Below are positions 1-12,321 of a DNA stretch of 64,000 bases, one piece after another; within the stretch, counting starts at the first letter, position 1, and every line of letters begins with the position of its first letter. Source of the stretch: Geosiphon pyriformis uo1. Taxonomy: Eukaryota; Fungi; Glomeromycota. The position numbers were made by a program, and so were the translations under genes. The DNA lies in assembly GCA_016748015.1 (NCBI GenBank), contig JAAOMT010000096.1, positions 195,955 through 259,954 of the forward strand, written 5' to 3'. The notes under the pieces are model-generated. The model was not told where the DNA came from, searched no databases, and saw nothing but the letters and a program-made list of their open reading frames with translations.

Positions 1-3000
1 AATCGGAAAGCTATTTCCGCGAATATTTCAAGAGCAAACTTGAAAAGCAAAAGTGTGCCCTTTTTCTAAGTCGTCAACTAAAAATGCGAGAATTGGAGAT
101 TATTGTCAAGGATGGATTGAAGCTGAATGATCTTTTCACACCTTTAGAGGATGAATTGAAAGTTTTGGAGAAGGAAAAAAAAGAGATCAAGATAAAGCAA
201 AAAGCAAGTTTAAAAGAAGATGCGGCACTCGTCGAAAAATTTGGACGGCGTTCTTTAAAATACGCCTACAGGTAACAAATCTGAATGAAACTCCTCTGAG
301 TGAACTTAGTTTCAAATATTAATCATACCTATTTTCACAGTTTTTTCGAATCACTCTTGCAAGAGGATAAGGAAAAGATGCCCGAATCTGGTATATTCAA
401 TTTTCATAGCTCGTTAAACCTTTCTTTGATCTGTTGAAAAGGCAAATAACTCCTGAATCAACACATCTCGAACTTCAATCAAGGTACAAAACTTGGCCAA
501 AATGAAGGACAAACTGACGGTCAAGGGGGATTCAATGAGTCACTATCATCTGGTTCGAGCAAAGAAAAAATAGAAAGCGAGACTGCAGCAGATGAAATTA
601 GTAAGAAAATTTGCTTTTGAAATTTTATAAATGAAACTATATCTTCTAAATTTAAACCATATTATGCATCTTTAAAATTATAACTTAGTGGCTGAATATA
701 TAAAAGACAATTACCCAGATATTATACCAAAATTTGAAGAAGCTATTACTGCTATAAACTATAGACCATGGTTTGATATGAAATGCCGTTTAACCTTTGC
801 AAGACATATTGGTTTGTCCTCAGATATTCCTTCCACCCCAACAAATAATTCGGACAGAGCGGCCGATGAACCAGCTTTCACTGTATCACAAATATTTTTG
901 GATAAAGAGAAGAACCTCTTTAATTTAGTAAAAAAATATACCAGACAGCCCGATGAAACTGGGGCAAAAGCGGTTCTGAGCTTCTTCGTTGGAGGTAATA
1001 TGCAGTATAGGCAAAATATTATTGACAAAGTAATTGAAGAAGCCAAAAACCTTGGAGATATTGACTTCGTCCGTCAAAAGTTAAGCCAGGAAGATGAGGA
1101 TATTGTCTTTGCATTTTTTGAAGAATATAAGCGTTGGCGAAAACAAGTTTTTCCGAGTAATTTGAAAAATGTCATCCAAAAGATCGATTCAAATTTAAAC
1201 CTTTCCAAGCTTCATAGCAAGATTGATACTGAATTTCAACAAAAGGAACAAGCCTTGTCAAAACGACATTTAGAAAGGATTTGTACTGAGGTCGAACTCA
1301 GATATCCCACCGGAGAAAAGCTAATTATTTTAAACCTGGAAGGTAATAGTAAAATAATTATACATATTTTTTGTCCTTTTCGAAAAATTTTAATCACTGA
1401 ATTCATTCCTCATTTACAAATATAGCAAATTCACCATACTCATACCGTCGTCATTTTAAAATGCTTCGTGAATTCGAAGTTGTTCGGCCTGCTTTGCTTC
1501 GCTTCACAATTTATACGACTCAATTGAGTGCAGAGGATAATATGCAACTCGATAAAGATCATTACTTTATACCACAACCGCGCTTGCATTTTTTTGGAAG
1601 AAATTTGGAAACTTCATTTGAGCTTGATCCTGAGGCATATGAACTGAGGTTGCTTTGGCTTGAATTTTGTTTTCGAAGTTTTATCACCAACTCACTTGAT
1701 TATTTTTTTAGACACATAGCACAATTAGAAAATAAAAAGTTCCTAGTATTTCTTTGGCATAAATCGACCCACAGGCTTGAGATTTACTTTGATACAATTC
1801 AACGGCTGCCTAAGACTATTCACGATCAATCTCCGTTGAAAAAACTCAATACGGGTGAACACTTCCTTTTAGCGGTTAATGAACCTAAAGGTTTAATAGC
1901 CATATATAACACTGAGAGGGCTGTGGTATGCATAGGTCACTTTTGAGTCGTCTGTAAAAATTATTACCTGCATGAAATTAACCCGTTATCTTATTGTTTT
2001 CTAAGCTCAATACTTATGGCTTTGAGCAAGAGCAATCGAGTCTCTATTTGCATTATCGCAATATACAACTGTTGCATTGGTATAATGATGCGATTCCCGA
2101 AATATCACATTTTTTCTTCATTAAAAACACCGAGGATATTTGCTTTGTAGAGAAGGATGGTAGAGCCAAAATTTATAACTTGGTAAATGACAATTTTCGA
2201 CCTGGAATTTCTCATTTTCCGGCAAACTCCAAGAAAGTCATGAGCACCCCTGATGGCACGTGTATCGTCGCTTTTGTAAAAGAGCGAATGAACATATCTT
2301 TTGGGAGCCATCAAGATGAAATCGAGGATCAAAATGTGCCAGACGAATGTGACTCGTCAACAGACACTGCTTCTGAGGATGAACCGATAGCTAATGGTTT
2401 GGAGGATGAAGTTTTGAGAGATTTAGCTGGTGCAGAACCTGATGTCATAGGAAAAGAAGTAGATAATTATATCGCCAAGGGGTATATATACTTTTGCGAG
2501 AACTTTACACGAGATGCTAATAAAATTGTTGAGATTCCATTACTGAATCCTTCAATTGAAATTTTCGAGTTTTCCATGTTTGATAAACGACAAATCCATC
2601 TTACAACAATCGATCAGGAAAAGGGTATTTTCCATTCAGCCATGGTCAAAATGACTCACGCAAAAACTCAATACAGATTTGAGCGCCAGTCACGCAACAA
2701 ATCTTTGGGTCAAATCAAATTAGAAGGCCGACGACCCTTTACAATTCATGGCAAAGGCACAAAATTCATGCGTGATATTCGCATCGGGGACTATTTGGTT
2801 TTGGGCCAGGAAAAACGACAAGTAGCTGAGATTTTGTCAGACACACTCCTTAAAATATCCCCTCAGGCTCCTCAATTTGTCAAATTTGAATACGGCGTAT
2901 GGAAAGATTTCGGCATTGAACAAAGAAATACAGTTAATGGACTGATCGATGTTTACTCCATGGTATTCACAAAATATGCCATCAACAGCCCAATCGGTCG

Positions 3001-6000
3001 TGTAGATCAACCTTTGACGCTGACTATTGTATTAGAAATTTCTCCCGAGAATCCTTTGAATTTGAAAGAATGCCACAAAAGATTCCGAAAATATGTGGAT
3101 AAAATGTTTTTGAAGTTTAAAAAAGACACGAAAAAACCAATTGGCCATTTGAAACATTTTAATACTAACTTCACGACTTTCCAAGCATTTGATAATTTCG
3201 AGGTACATGCTAACACGTACCAACTCGGCGAGTAGGTTTCCCGATTGTTTTCTTTGTTCACTGCCATCGCTTTGTTGCTTTCAGTGCTGGTCAAACTTAA
3301 AAATCTTCACTGAATATGTACAACAGATGGATGGTCGATTTCTTTTGCTTGATTCCTCTTCAGATCGCTGTTGCCCGAGATAATGAATTCGTTCCATTGC
3401 AAGATGGTCTATTTTCTCTTGATATCGAAAAACCTTCATTAGATGATGGATATGGATTCATTGGCAGCGTCAGCAAGGCTATTTCTTTTGGTTGGTACGA
3501 GGCCATATTCGAACATTATGCTAATCTAGAAGTGAAAGTTGTTTCATCAATGGGGGAGCAATCATGTGGTAAGTTTTATTATACGCCGTGAAAATTTCCA
3601 TTGAAAATATCGTCTGATGTTTTATTTTTGAAATCGAAAAGGGAAAAGCTATTTATTAAATCATTGTGTCGGTTCAACCTTTGATGGATCTGCAATGGTT
3701 TGTTTAGAGTGGTATATCAACTTTGAAATTTAAAAATGGTATTAAATTTGCTTCAAATCAATTCTCCAATTAGCGTTGTACTGAAGGCGTTTGGATGTCT
3801 TTGGGTGAGTATTAGTCAATCTATGTTCAAAGTCTTTTCTACTCGTAAAAACTTAGTCGTAATATAACGATGATTATGCTTCTCGACACTAGTCAAAACC
3901 GACGACGTTCTTTATGTAGCGCTTGATTTTGAAGGTAGGTAGATTTTTGAATTTCGCACCTTGAATTAATAGCTTTCAAATTCATGAAAATCATTTACAA
4001 TTCCAGGACTTGCCAGTATCGAAAGAACGCCTCAAGAAGAAACCTTTTTACAACTCTTGAATGCTGCACTTTCTAACCTTGTTTTGTTCAAAAGTCAATT
4101 CGCCGTGAGTCGCGATATCTCAACAATGTTTCAACGCTTTCAGGACGGGACGAATTATTTTGGTGATGATCCAGACATTTTCCAGGTGATGAATATTTAA
4201 CTAGTTTAAACTTATTTTCCTTTTGAGATGGATTTAATCCTCACGGTTTGCATCTTCAAAATAAATTTCAATGAATAGGCAAGATTTTGTATTATTATTA
4301 AAGATGTAGCACGGTCAGATCGAGAAGATATTGTATCCGAGTTTCAGTCAAAGTTTTCAAAAATCGTTGACAAGGTTCGTCAAAGTGTTGAATTTTCTCT
4401 TTTAAAATATGAACGAATAAAATTCTATATATTTGAACACTGCAGGAAGAAGAAGATAATTTCATAACAAAACTCTATCGCAATGAAATGAGCATTGTCC
4501 CATGGCCAGTTTTCAATGAGGCTTCCTTTTACACAACTTTTAAGCAATTGAAGGTTAAATTGGATGGACAAAATTCCAAGTATAAGAATGCACGAATTTT
4601 TGTTGAAAAAATTAAGGTAAATTTAAGAATAAGAATTACTGAATCTTCACATGTGCACCATGTTTAATTAACAACTTAAAATTGTGGCTTACAAGGTTCT
4701 GATGACAAAGCTAAAGTACAGTAAACTATTTTGCTTCTCTTTAGTTGCTTTATTTTTACTTTGATTTAATTTGCTTTGATTTTCGTTGTATATTCAGAGT
4801 TTGCGATTGGGGCAGTGTCCAAGCAACATTAATTACTATGCGCACTTTGGAATTGAAGAAATTTTTGAAGGATGCAATATCATGTGGATTTGAGCAAAAA
4901 GAAGATTTTGAGATGGATATTTCCGCCGACAACACAGTATCAAACACTAATCCATTTGAAAATCAATCGACATTGAATACCAAACACCTTATGGTATATT
5001 TCGAAATTTATTTAATCGTTTTTTTTGCAAAGTAGCTACTGGAGCTTAGAATTTGTCACTTTATTAGAGCCGTGACGATGGCCAATTAATTCCTGACCCA
5101 GAAGTTTCACTCGTTGAAATATTTCATGACATTGAGAATGACTCAACAAAACTAATGCCCGATGCTGGCTTGGTTTTATTGAAGGATGGGATGACGCTAA
5201 CAAACCTTTCCTCGGGTTAGTAATATAATATCACTATCAATTATAATTGCCATTTTATAACTCGTTTCGCAAAACTTACCTTTTCTTTATTTAATGCGCA
5301 GATCTGAGAAGCTTTTTTGAGGAAAAAGTACAACCACGTGGTCAGATTCCCGATTCTCAATGGCTAGAGGAACTCGAGATTTTTGTCAAATTTATTATTC
5401 AAAGGCGCATCAAACGTGTACAGCAATGGTTTGCACGAAACACTAATCGCTTCGAGAAGGAACAGAATGAAATTGTTATTACAAACTATGCACTCGAGCA
5501 AGAAATCAGCAGACTAAGTTTATTCTGGAATTTTTGTCGTCTTCGATGTAATGATTGTGGGCTTTTATGTATGAAAGCGAGTCGTCACAGTGACAACGAG
5601 CAAGATATGACTCATGACTGTTTAACTGATCACAAATGTCATTCAGAATGTCAATTCAGCGAAGCTCATTTAGATCAGACTATACCAAAATGTAATAAGT
5701 TTGCAGGTCACGAGGGTCGTCATGCTTGTGAACAAAGTCATGCCTGCGGTGCTCCTTGCGTTTATGATGGGAAAAGAAATTGCCAGTCAAGATGTACTAA
5801 AGACATTGGCCATGAGTCAAATAACGGAAATGAAATTCATTTATGTGAGGCTACACGTCATTATTGTGGATCCCCATGTTCATTGAAGGCCGAGACACAA
5901 AAGGGGGAATACGAATGTCATAATACTTGTATTGTAAGTTTCTATCTCAAGTTTTTCCTTCAAAGTTCTTAAAAGCTTATTACATTTATTTCTTCTTAAC

Positions 6001-8587
6001 TTAATTTATCAAACAGATTCCATGTGAGGAAGTGCATTCAGTACATAAATGTGAAAACGAAGTTTGCCCTATTGAATGTCCAATAAGCAATTGCCATCGG
6101 CGGTGCGAAAGCAAAGAACATTTTCATGACCTAGAGGGAAGCATTGACCATTTTTGCGGGTAAATAAAAATGGTTCTAAATGACCAATAAAAATTACCAA
6201 TTTGGAGATCTTATTTTTTTCCCAACTTTATAATAATTTAGTGGAGAGCATCAATGTGTCGAAAAATGCGAAGAAAATGGGATCTGCAAGATTATTACTG
6301 AGCCAACAGCCATTGTAAAAGAGGAAGCTGAATATGTCAACAAATTTGGGAGTTTCATGTTTACTAAAGTAAAAGTTTTTAGTTTGAATTTAATTAAAAA
6401 TCTGCAACTGTTGTTATATTAAGGCTCAGCTAATTAAATTACCGCTTGGAAAATATTTAGTATTCCCAAAGCCCTGAACGACTTCCATGCTGTATTAAAA
6501 TTCCTCCCTACAAATTCAAACATGATGGAAAACATGTACATGAAGAAAAAAAAGAACATAAATGCTCTCGAGATTGTCCGTCTGATATGGGGCTCCACAT
6601 AAAGGAGGAGGATAAAAAGCAATACAATTTTCATTATTGCAATGTAAAATGCCCAAATTGCGGTTATTATGTAAGGTTTCATTTTAAAGTAATTAATTTA
6701 TGATTTTTGAACACTCTTAATCGTTTTAAATTTACTTCAGTGTATATCACCATATGATCATGGCCGGGATTGCAACAGCAAGCATGGTAAACAAAAATTT
6801 CGATATAACTTTTGAAGTTACCAAAATTTCAATTTATAATTTAATCAAATATGGAATTTCTAATTAGCCACTGTACACGGAAATATGTATTTGACAACTT
6901 TCACCTGCGAAGAAGAAGAATTCGAATTTGAAGGTAACTTAACCCTATAACATAAAAAGAAGACCTTGATCATATTGCATTATGCATTCAAGAAAAGTCA
7001 CTTTATGTAAAATCTTCAACTTTAGGACATCGATTAACTGTTGGAGACCATGGTGATTTTGTTCTCTGTCATAAAGTGGGTGTTAAAGCAAATTTTAAGT
7101 TTTAGTTATTAGTTGTATCCAGAAAGTAATCAAATTGAATTGTTCTGTAGCTTTGTGAAAACATAGGCAGGCATCGTCATATCGATTACTGCAAAGATCC
7201 TGATGTTTGCAAAACCCATGGTGGATTGAAAAAGGAAGGAATACTTGAGCATATTAATGGTAGGAAAATCTCTTGAATTTTCACAAGTGAAGATGCTGAA
7301 TTCATTACAATTTTTTAATATGAACAGCTAAAATTAGTCCAAGCCCTCTTCGAGAGAAAGATTATATTTCCCACAAAGTGTATTGGGAGCGAACTGACTT
7401 CCAAGGTAAAGCTTTTGGAGCCATTTTCCATATGGCTTGGAACTTATCTCAAATATGAATTCTCTTTTAAATTCTTTACATATTTTGTTAAGACCCATAT
7501 AATAAGGATCAACGAGAAAATTTTAAACAATGCGATCATGAATGTGCTGATGAAAAGCATCATAAGATTGACGACGTTACTGGAAGAGATCCTGTCAGAT
7601 CATTTTGCACTCAAGATATCTTCCATGCAAAATTAGATCATACAAAGGCTCCTCCCGGAAATACTGGATATGTTACAGTAGACGGTCATCATTTTGCCTG
7701 TGAGAATCCGGTAACAAATATTGGAAACTTCCATATTATATTTGTCGTTGATAGAAGCGGCTCAATGGGTGACCAGGATTGTCAACCTCGTTGTAGCAGT
7801 ACCAAAACAAGTCGACTCTTGCTTTCTCATAAAAATCGGCTCGGAGCTGTATATGAAGCTTGTTATTCATTTATTGAGACGCGTAAAAATTCTCGTCAAA
7901 ATACAAGTGCTGGCCAATCAGCCATTGATCGTGACACAGTATCTCTTGTACTCTTTGATACCGGGGCAATAATACCATTTGAGAATCGAAGTCTCTCGAA
8001 CTCTGACGAACTTTTGCGAATTATGATGCAATATCACCCATCGGGTGGAACCTGTTATCAAGCAGGAATACTGAAAGTTGCTGATATAATTAATCAATAT
8101 CATGACCCCACAAGGTAAGTTCAGTCTTGATCTTACGATTCTTTTCAAAGTTTGGATTTTATTAAAAAAGCAAAAAAAATTTTCCAGGACCAATATCGTT
8201 CTTTTTTTATCTGATGGTGAAAGCTATGGTTCTCATGATCAAGAATTGAGAGATTTATGTAATCGGGAGGCGAGCCGAGGGTAATTCTTCAATGATGCTG
8301 AGTTATGATTGTATTCATTCGTTCGTGCTAAAATGAATATTTCATTTGCATCTCTTTAAAGCTCCCCATTGTTCTTGTATACAGTTTTGTTTGCGGCCGA
8401 TGGACATAGCGGTCAATCACTCAAGACCATGGTCGATATTGCGAATCAATATCATCCAAAAGGCAACGCAAAAGATGCGCTCAAATGTCAGTATGCGCTG
8501 GCGGTAGACGAAATCAAGCTTGCCATGCATTTTACTCAAGTTGCCGAAAGTTTACGCAAACATCAACCAATGTTGATCAAGAAGTGA
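1..8587 (+). CDS. Giant multi-exon GBP/RHD3/VLIG-type GTPase + Cys/His-rich region + C-terminal vWA protein, copy A (5' end outside the window)
   Basis: Track ORFs 84-275, 688-1425, 1461-1946, 1994-3235, 3316-3591, 5571-5972, 7765-8118 and 8369-8587 join in frame through GT..AG introns. The P-loop SSMGEQSC|GKSYLLNH is split by intron 3569-3641. It is followed by GSAMRCTEGVWMSL (G2), LDFEGL (G3) and IIIKDV (G4-like). vWA motifs: FHIIFVVDRSGSM (DxSxS), PSGGT, LFLSDGE. No internal stop was seen in the exons checked. Collinear with copy B. Confidence 0.9.
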
Positions 8588-11095
8588 AGGAACCTTGCGA
8601 AATATAAAGGAATAGCAACAATCATAGAATCGCAATTAAAATGAGTCAGATTAATTATCAAGGACACTGATCGATATTTTTCTTGAAAGTTTTTAACCGA
8701 TCCCCACCTAACCCACAATAATAAACTTTTTCTGCTCCTAAAAACGAAGACATCTGTGATTTGAGAATATAATTGCTTCAAATTGAAACTTTATTGGACT
8801 AAATAAGATAAAATTTTTTTCAAGTTTGAAAACCAATTTAAATGGTGCTATTTTTTAGAGCAGAAATGATAATTGCGTTGTGATCAAATTTTTATTATAT
8901 ATATTCTACATAATTTCTAAACGCCTACATTCAAACCCAATTAAACTCCATATTACCATGCAAGTCCAATTAGGCTCCGCGTCGGCCTAAACCGACTCAT
9001 TTTTAGCAAGATAGCAAAGGAGCACCTTGATATTCTTATCGAGCTCTGTTTTGTATTGAAGGCAGCGAAACACTTTGGATCCATTACAGAATCCACCAAT
9101 TTTGCTTGTGTATCCTCCTGTGCAAATAACTATTTAACGCCATGAATGCTCAGGTATCTTGTCTATTACACATAGCTTGTCATATACATGACAGAAACAA
9201 TGAATCATATGACAACCAAACTTTGGTTATCATTGACAATTAGTGACACACATTATCGTAATCAAATTGTGTTTTTTTTGAAATGGTTAAAAACAGTGTA
9301 ACAGTAAAAAAATATGAAATCAAATTATGGTTTAAAGTTATTTTTCAATATTTCGAGGAGTCTTGAAAAGGTTTCATGTTACGTGTACATAGTTTGAATT
9401 AACCCATAAAAAGTACTTTGAGAAATGGTTTATTAATTAAAATATTAAATGGGCCATTAAAATCTATCTTGTGAATATCAGATTTTTTATGCATGCCAAC
9501 CGGAATAAAAATAGAACCATTGAAAAGATTAAGCAACGGAGAATTTAAAAATAGGATATATATATTTTTTGGGTAATCCTATTGCATACTTTTAGTAAAA
9601 CTTCAAGTTAAAAAACCATGAAGATAGGTGAAAAGATAAAAGGCTTAACCTTTTTTTTTTTTTTTTTTAATAAGTGTATATTGCGCCTCACATCCTGAGA
9701 AGGTACGACTAACTACAGTTATAAAGTTAATGGTTAAGCGATTCCTATTCAGATAAGAAAATTTATTTATGACCATAAGAAATATTTATTCGCTTCCAAA
9801 GATTGGATAATAGTGTCATTATAAAATATAGCTTGTGAGAATACTTTTTATAATAATAAATTGAAAAAATAAAAATTATATTTTTTAAAATATTGAAATT
9901 AATATTTTAAACATTAATTCATCCTAACGAGTTCGGCAAATGCGATACTCAAAATTTTCAACTTTTTTATAGTTCTTTGTCTAAAAATTTTTTGGGTTAA
10001 AATATAATAAATTTATTAGTAAAAAATATATACACTCTAATACATGTACATTTATCCTTGAAGAGATTAATATAATTAAAGTTTTTTTTTCAATATATTT
10101 TCTTTTAAAAAAGATCACCTAATCGAAATAATAACTAATAAAATTAATCATACAAATAGAATATCAAAGAGATGCTCAATCTATTTTAAACTCGTCTAGA
10201 TACAATATATAGGATAATTCACTTTAAATTCTCAAATTCAGGTAAATAGATTAATTCTTTAATATATCATTTATAAAGTAAAAGTGAATAAATTCAATGG
10301 ACAAATCTGTTGAAAATTTAACTATTTGAGCATTTAAAAACACAACTTGTATAAAATTCTCTTGGTTGAATTATTACTCTTGTTGAGTCGTTTCTACCAT
10401 TTAATTTATGAGTTTCTCTGATTCTCTAAAGAATAATTATTTTATAAGCCTTAAATCATAAAGATATTAAAAAATTCCACCAAATACCATTTAAATTTTC
10501 TGGCAGTAGAACGATTCTCAGGGAGGTTAGCATAAAGATCAAAGAAAACCTTGATAATGCTATTCAACATGTTACACAATTTTTAATTGAGATTATCCAA
10601 ACTAATTGTCCTAGAAATTCTATTTATAATGGAGAAAGGGAATCAATTTTTTTTACAAATTCCCGTGTTTTAAAAAGGAAATCTGTGAATTGAACAAAAA
10701 GTTTTAAGAAAAATTAAATGATGATAAATAATATTAATCATGATCTATATTTGGTAAACGCCTCATCTCAATGATCGATGTTTAAGTTTTTCCAGGTTTC
10801 ACACGAAAAAGCAATCACAATTTCTCCTTTTTTTTGTTTGTTTTTTCTTTTTGTTTATTTATAAAATTTACAGGGATTTTCAGGATTGAACAGGTAATCG
10901 TAATTGAAACATAGAATGATTTGTTGTTATATGAATCATATGATAAACAGAGTATGAACGGGAGGATTATATTTTTTCCCAATTATGGGTTTCGGTTGGT
11001 GTGTAAAATGCATAGAAAAGATAGTGAAGAAAAAAAAAAGAAAAAATGCGGATAGTAGAAAAAATGAAGAAGAAATAAATATCTAGTTTTTTAAA

Positions 11096-11109
11096 CATTA
11101 TCTTGGTGT

Positions 11110-11148
<39 letters not shown>

Positions 11149-11509
11149 CGATGCTGTTGTTGTTGCTGCTGCTGTTGTTGGTTTTGATGTCCTATTGATG
11201 ATTTAGAAATACGTGACTTTGGAGATGAGATTAGAGACCGAATAGTATTTTAATATGAATTAGAAATTCCGCTTAGACTCAAGGGAGATGGTTTGTTGGG
11301 ATGAGTCATCGAGGAAAAACGGAAAGAGATTGATAAAGGAGCAATGAGCAATTCGAAGAAAACGGATGAGAGCTGGGTGAATGAGCAAGATAATTGGCTG
11401 CTGTAATGGGAATAAACGATAATTGAATAATAAAAATTTTAATATTTTAGATTAAAGAAAAGAAGCTTACCATGACCATTATCGATGGAGGGGGAATTGT
11501 AGCTTGCAT
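11096..11509 (-). pseudogene. Degenerate low-complexity (Ser/Pro, poly-Gln, poly-His) coding remnant
   Basis: GC-enriched island. The minus strand has an ATG, a GTAAGC..TACAG intron, and a frame reading MTHPNKPSPLSLSGISNSY*NTIRSLISSPKSRISKSSIGHQNQ(n)HRH(n)QHQDNV*. It carries an in-frame stop and the frames do not join across the intron. Confidence 0.3.
11107..11180. repeat. Compound trinucleotide microsatellite (GAT)n + (GCT/GTT)n
   Basis: Directly visible. Reads as poly-His and poly-Gln on the minus strand. Confidence 0.9.
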
Positions 11510-12321
11510 ATTTTTTTCAATTTAAAAAATTGAGCTGGTTAAGTTTTTCTTGAGAAATTTGCTTAGAATTTAAGAAACAAGATTTTGCTTGTGATTTAAT
11601 AATTTCATTTTTAGAATTTGTATAAATTAAAAAGTAAAATTTTATGATAAGATCAAAGCTGTTTGTAATTATTTTTCAAGACAAAACTCTTAAAAATCAA
11701 AGTAGACAAAAAGAGAAAATTAAAAATGAGGACTCAAAACAAATCTAAAATCAAGAAATTGAGATTTGATTGATTTAGTTTTTTAAACACACGAGATGCA
11801 TTTGAGTAGTGAAAGGAAAAAGCCTTAGCAGATCCCCTTTGTATATATATAAAATTTCAGGAAATATGTAAATATTTAATTTGAATATAACGTTTTAATT
11901 TTATAAATAGAAATTAAAATCTTTTTAAAGTAAAGTTATTATAAAACACTAGTTATTTTCTTTTTTGAAATTATTTTTGATCTTCAAGACACATAAGAGC
12001 ACAAAAAATCGTGAAGCAAATCATTTATTAAAAAAAGATACCGTAAACTATGTAATTTCAATCAATTTTTTAGAAAAGAAATAAAATTCTATTGATTTTG
12101 ATCCAATTAAAAGTGATGGTATGATTGTTTGTGTGGTTGTATGTGAGGTTTTGTGTGTGTGTGTTTTTCGTTTTCTCTTTTCAATACTTCTTTTATTTCA
12201 ATGAACACTCCTGTGGGGCTGGGACACAACATTAAGATTGGATTCACAACAGGATGGCTCTAATAATATTTCCATTATATATAAAGAGAGTCTGTATGAA
12301 GAGATACCATAGTTCTTCCTA

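Noticed and set aside
759-8781. Minus-strand and alternate-frame ORFs over giant gene A (759-1046, 2105-2332, 3007-3294, 4756-4947, 6434-6682, 7918-8193 and others) and their counterparts in copy B
   Set aside because: They are shadow frames of real exons. Their recurrence in both copies only reflects DNA identity of the duplicated gene.
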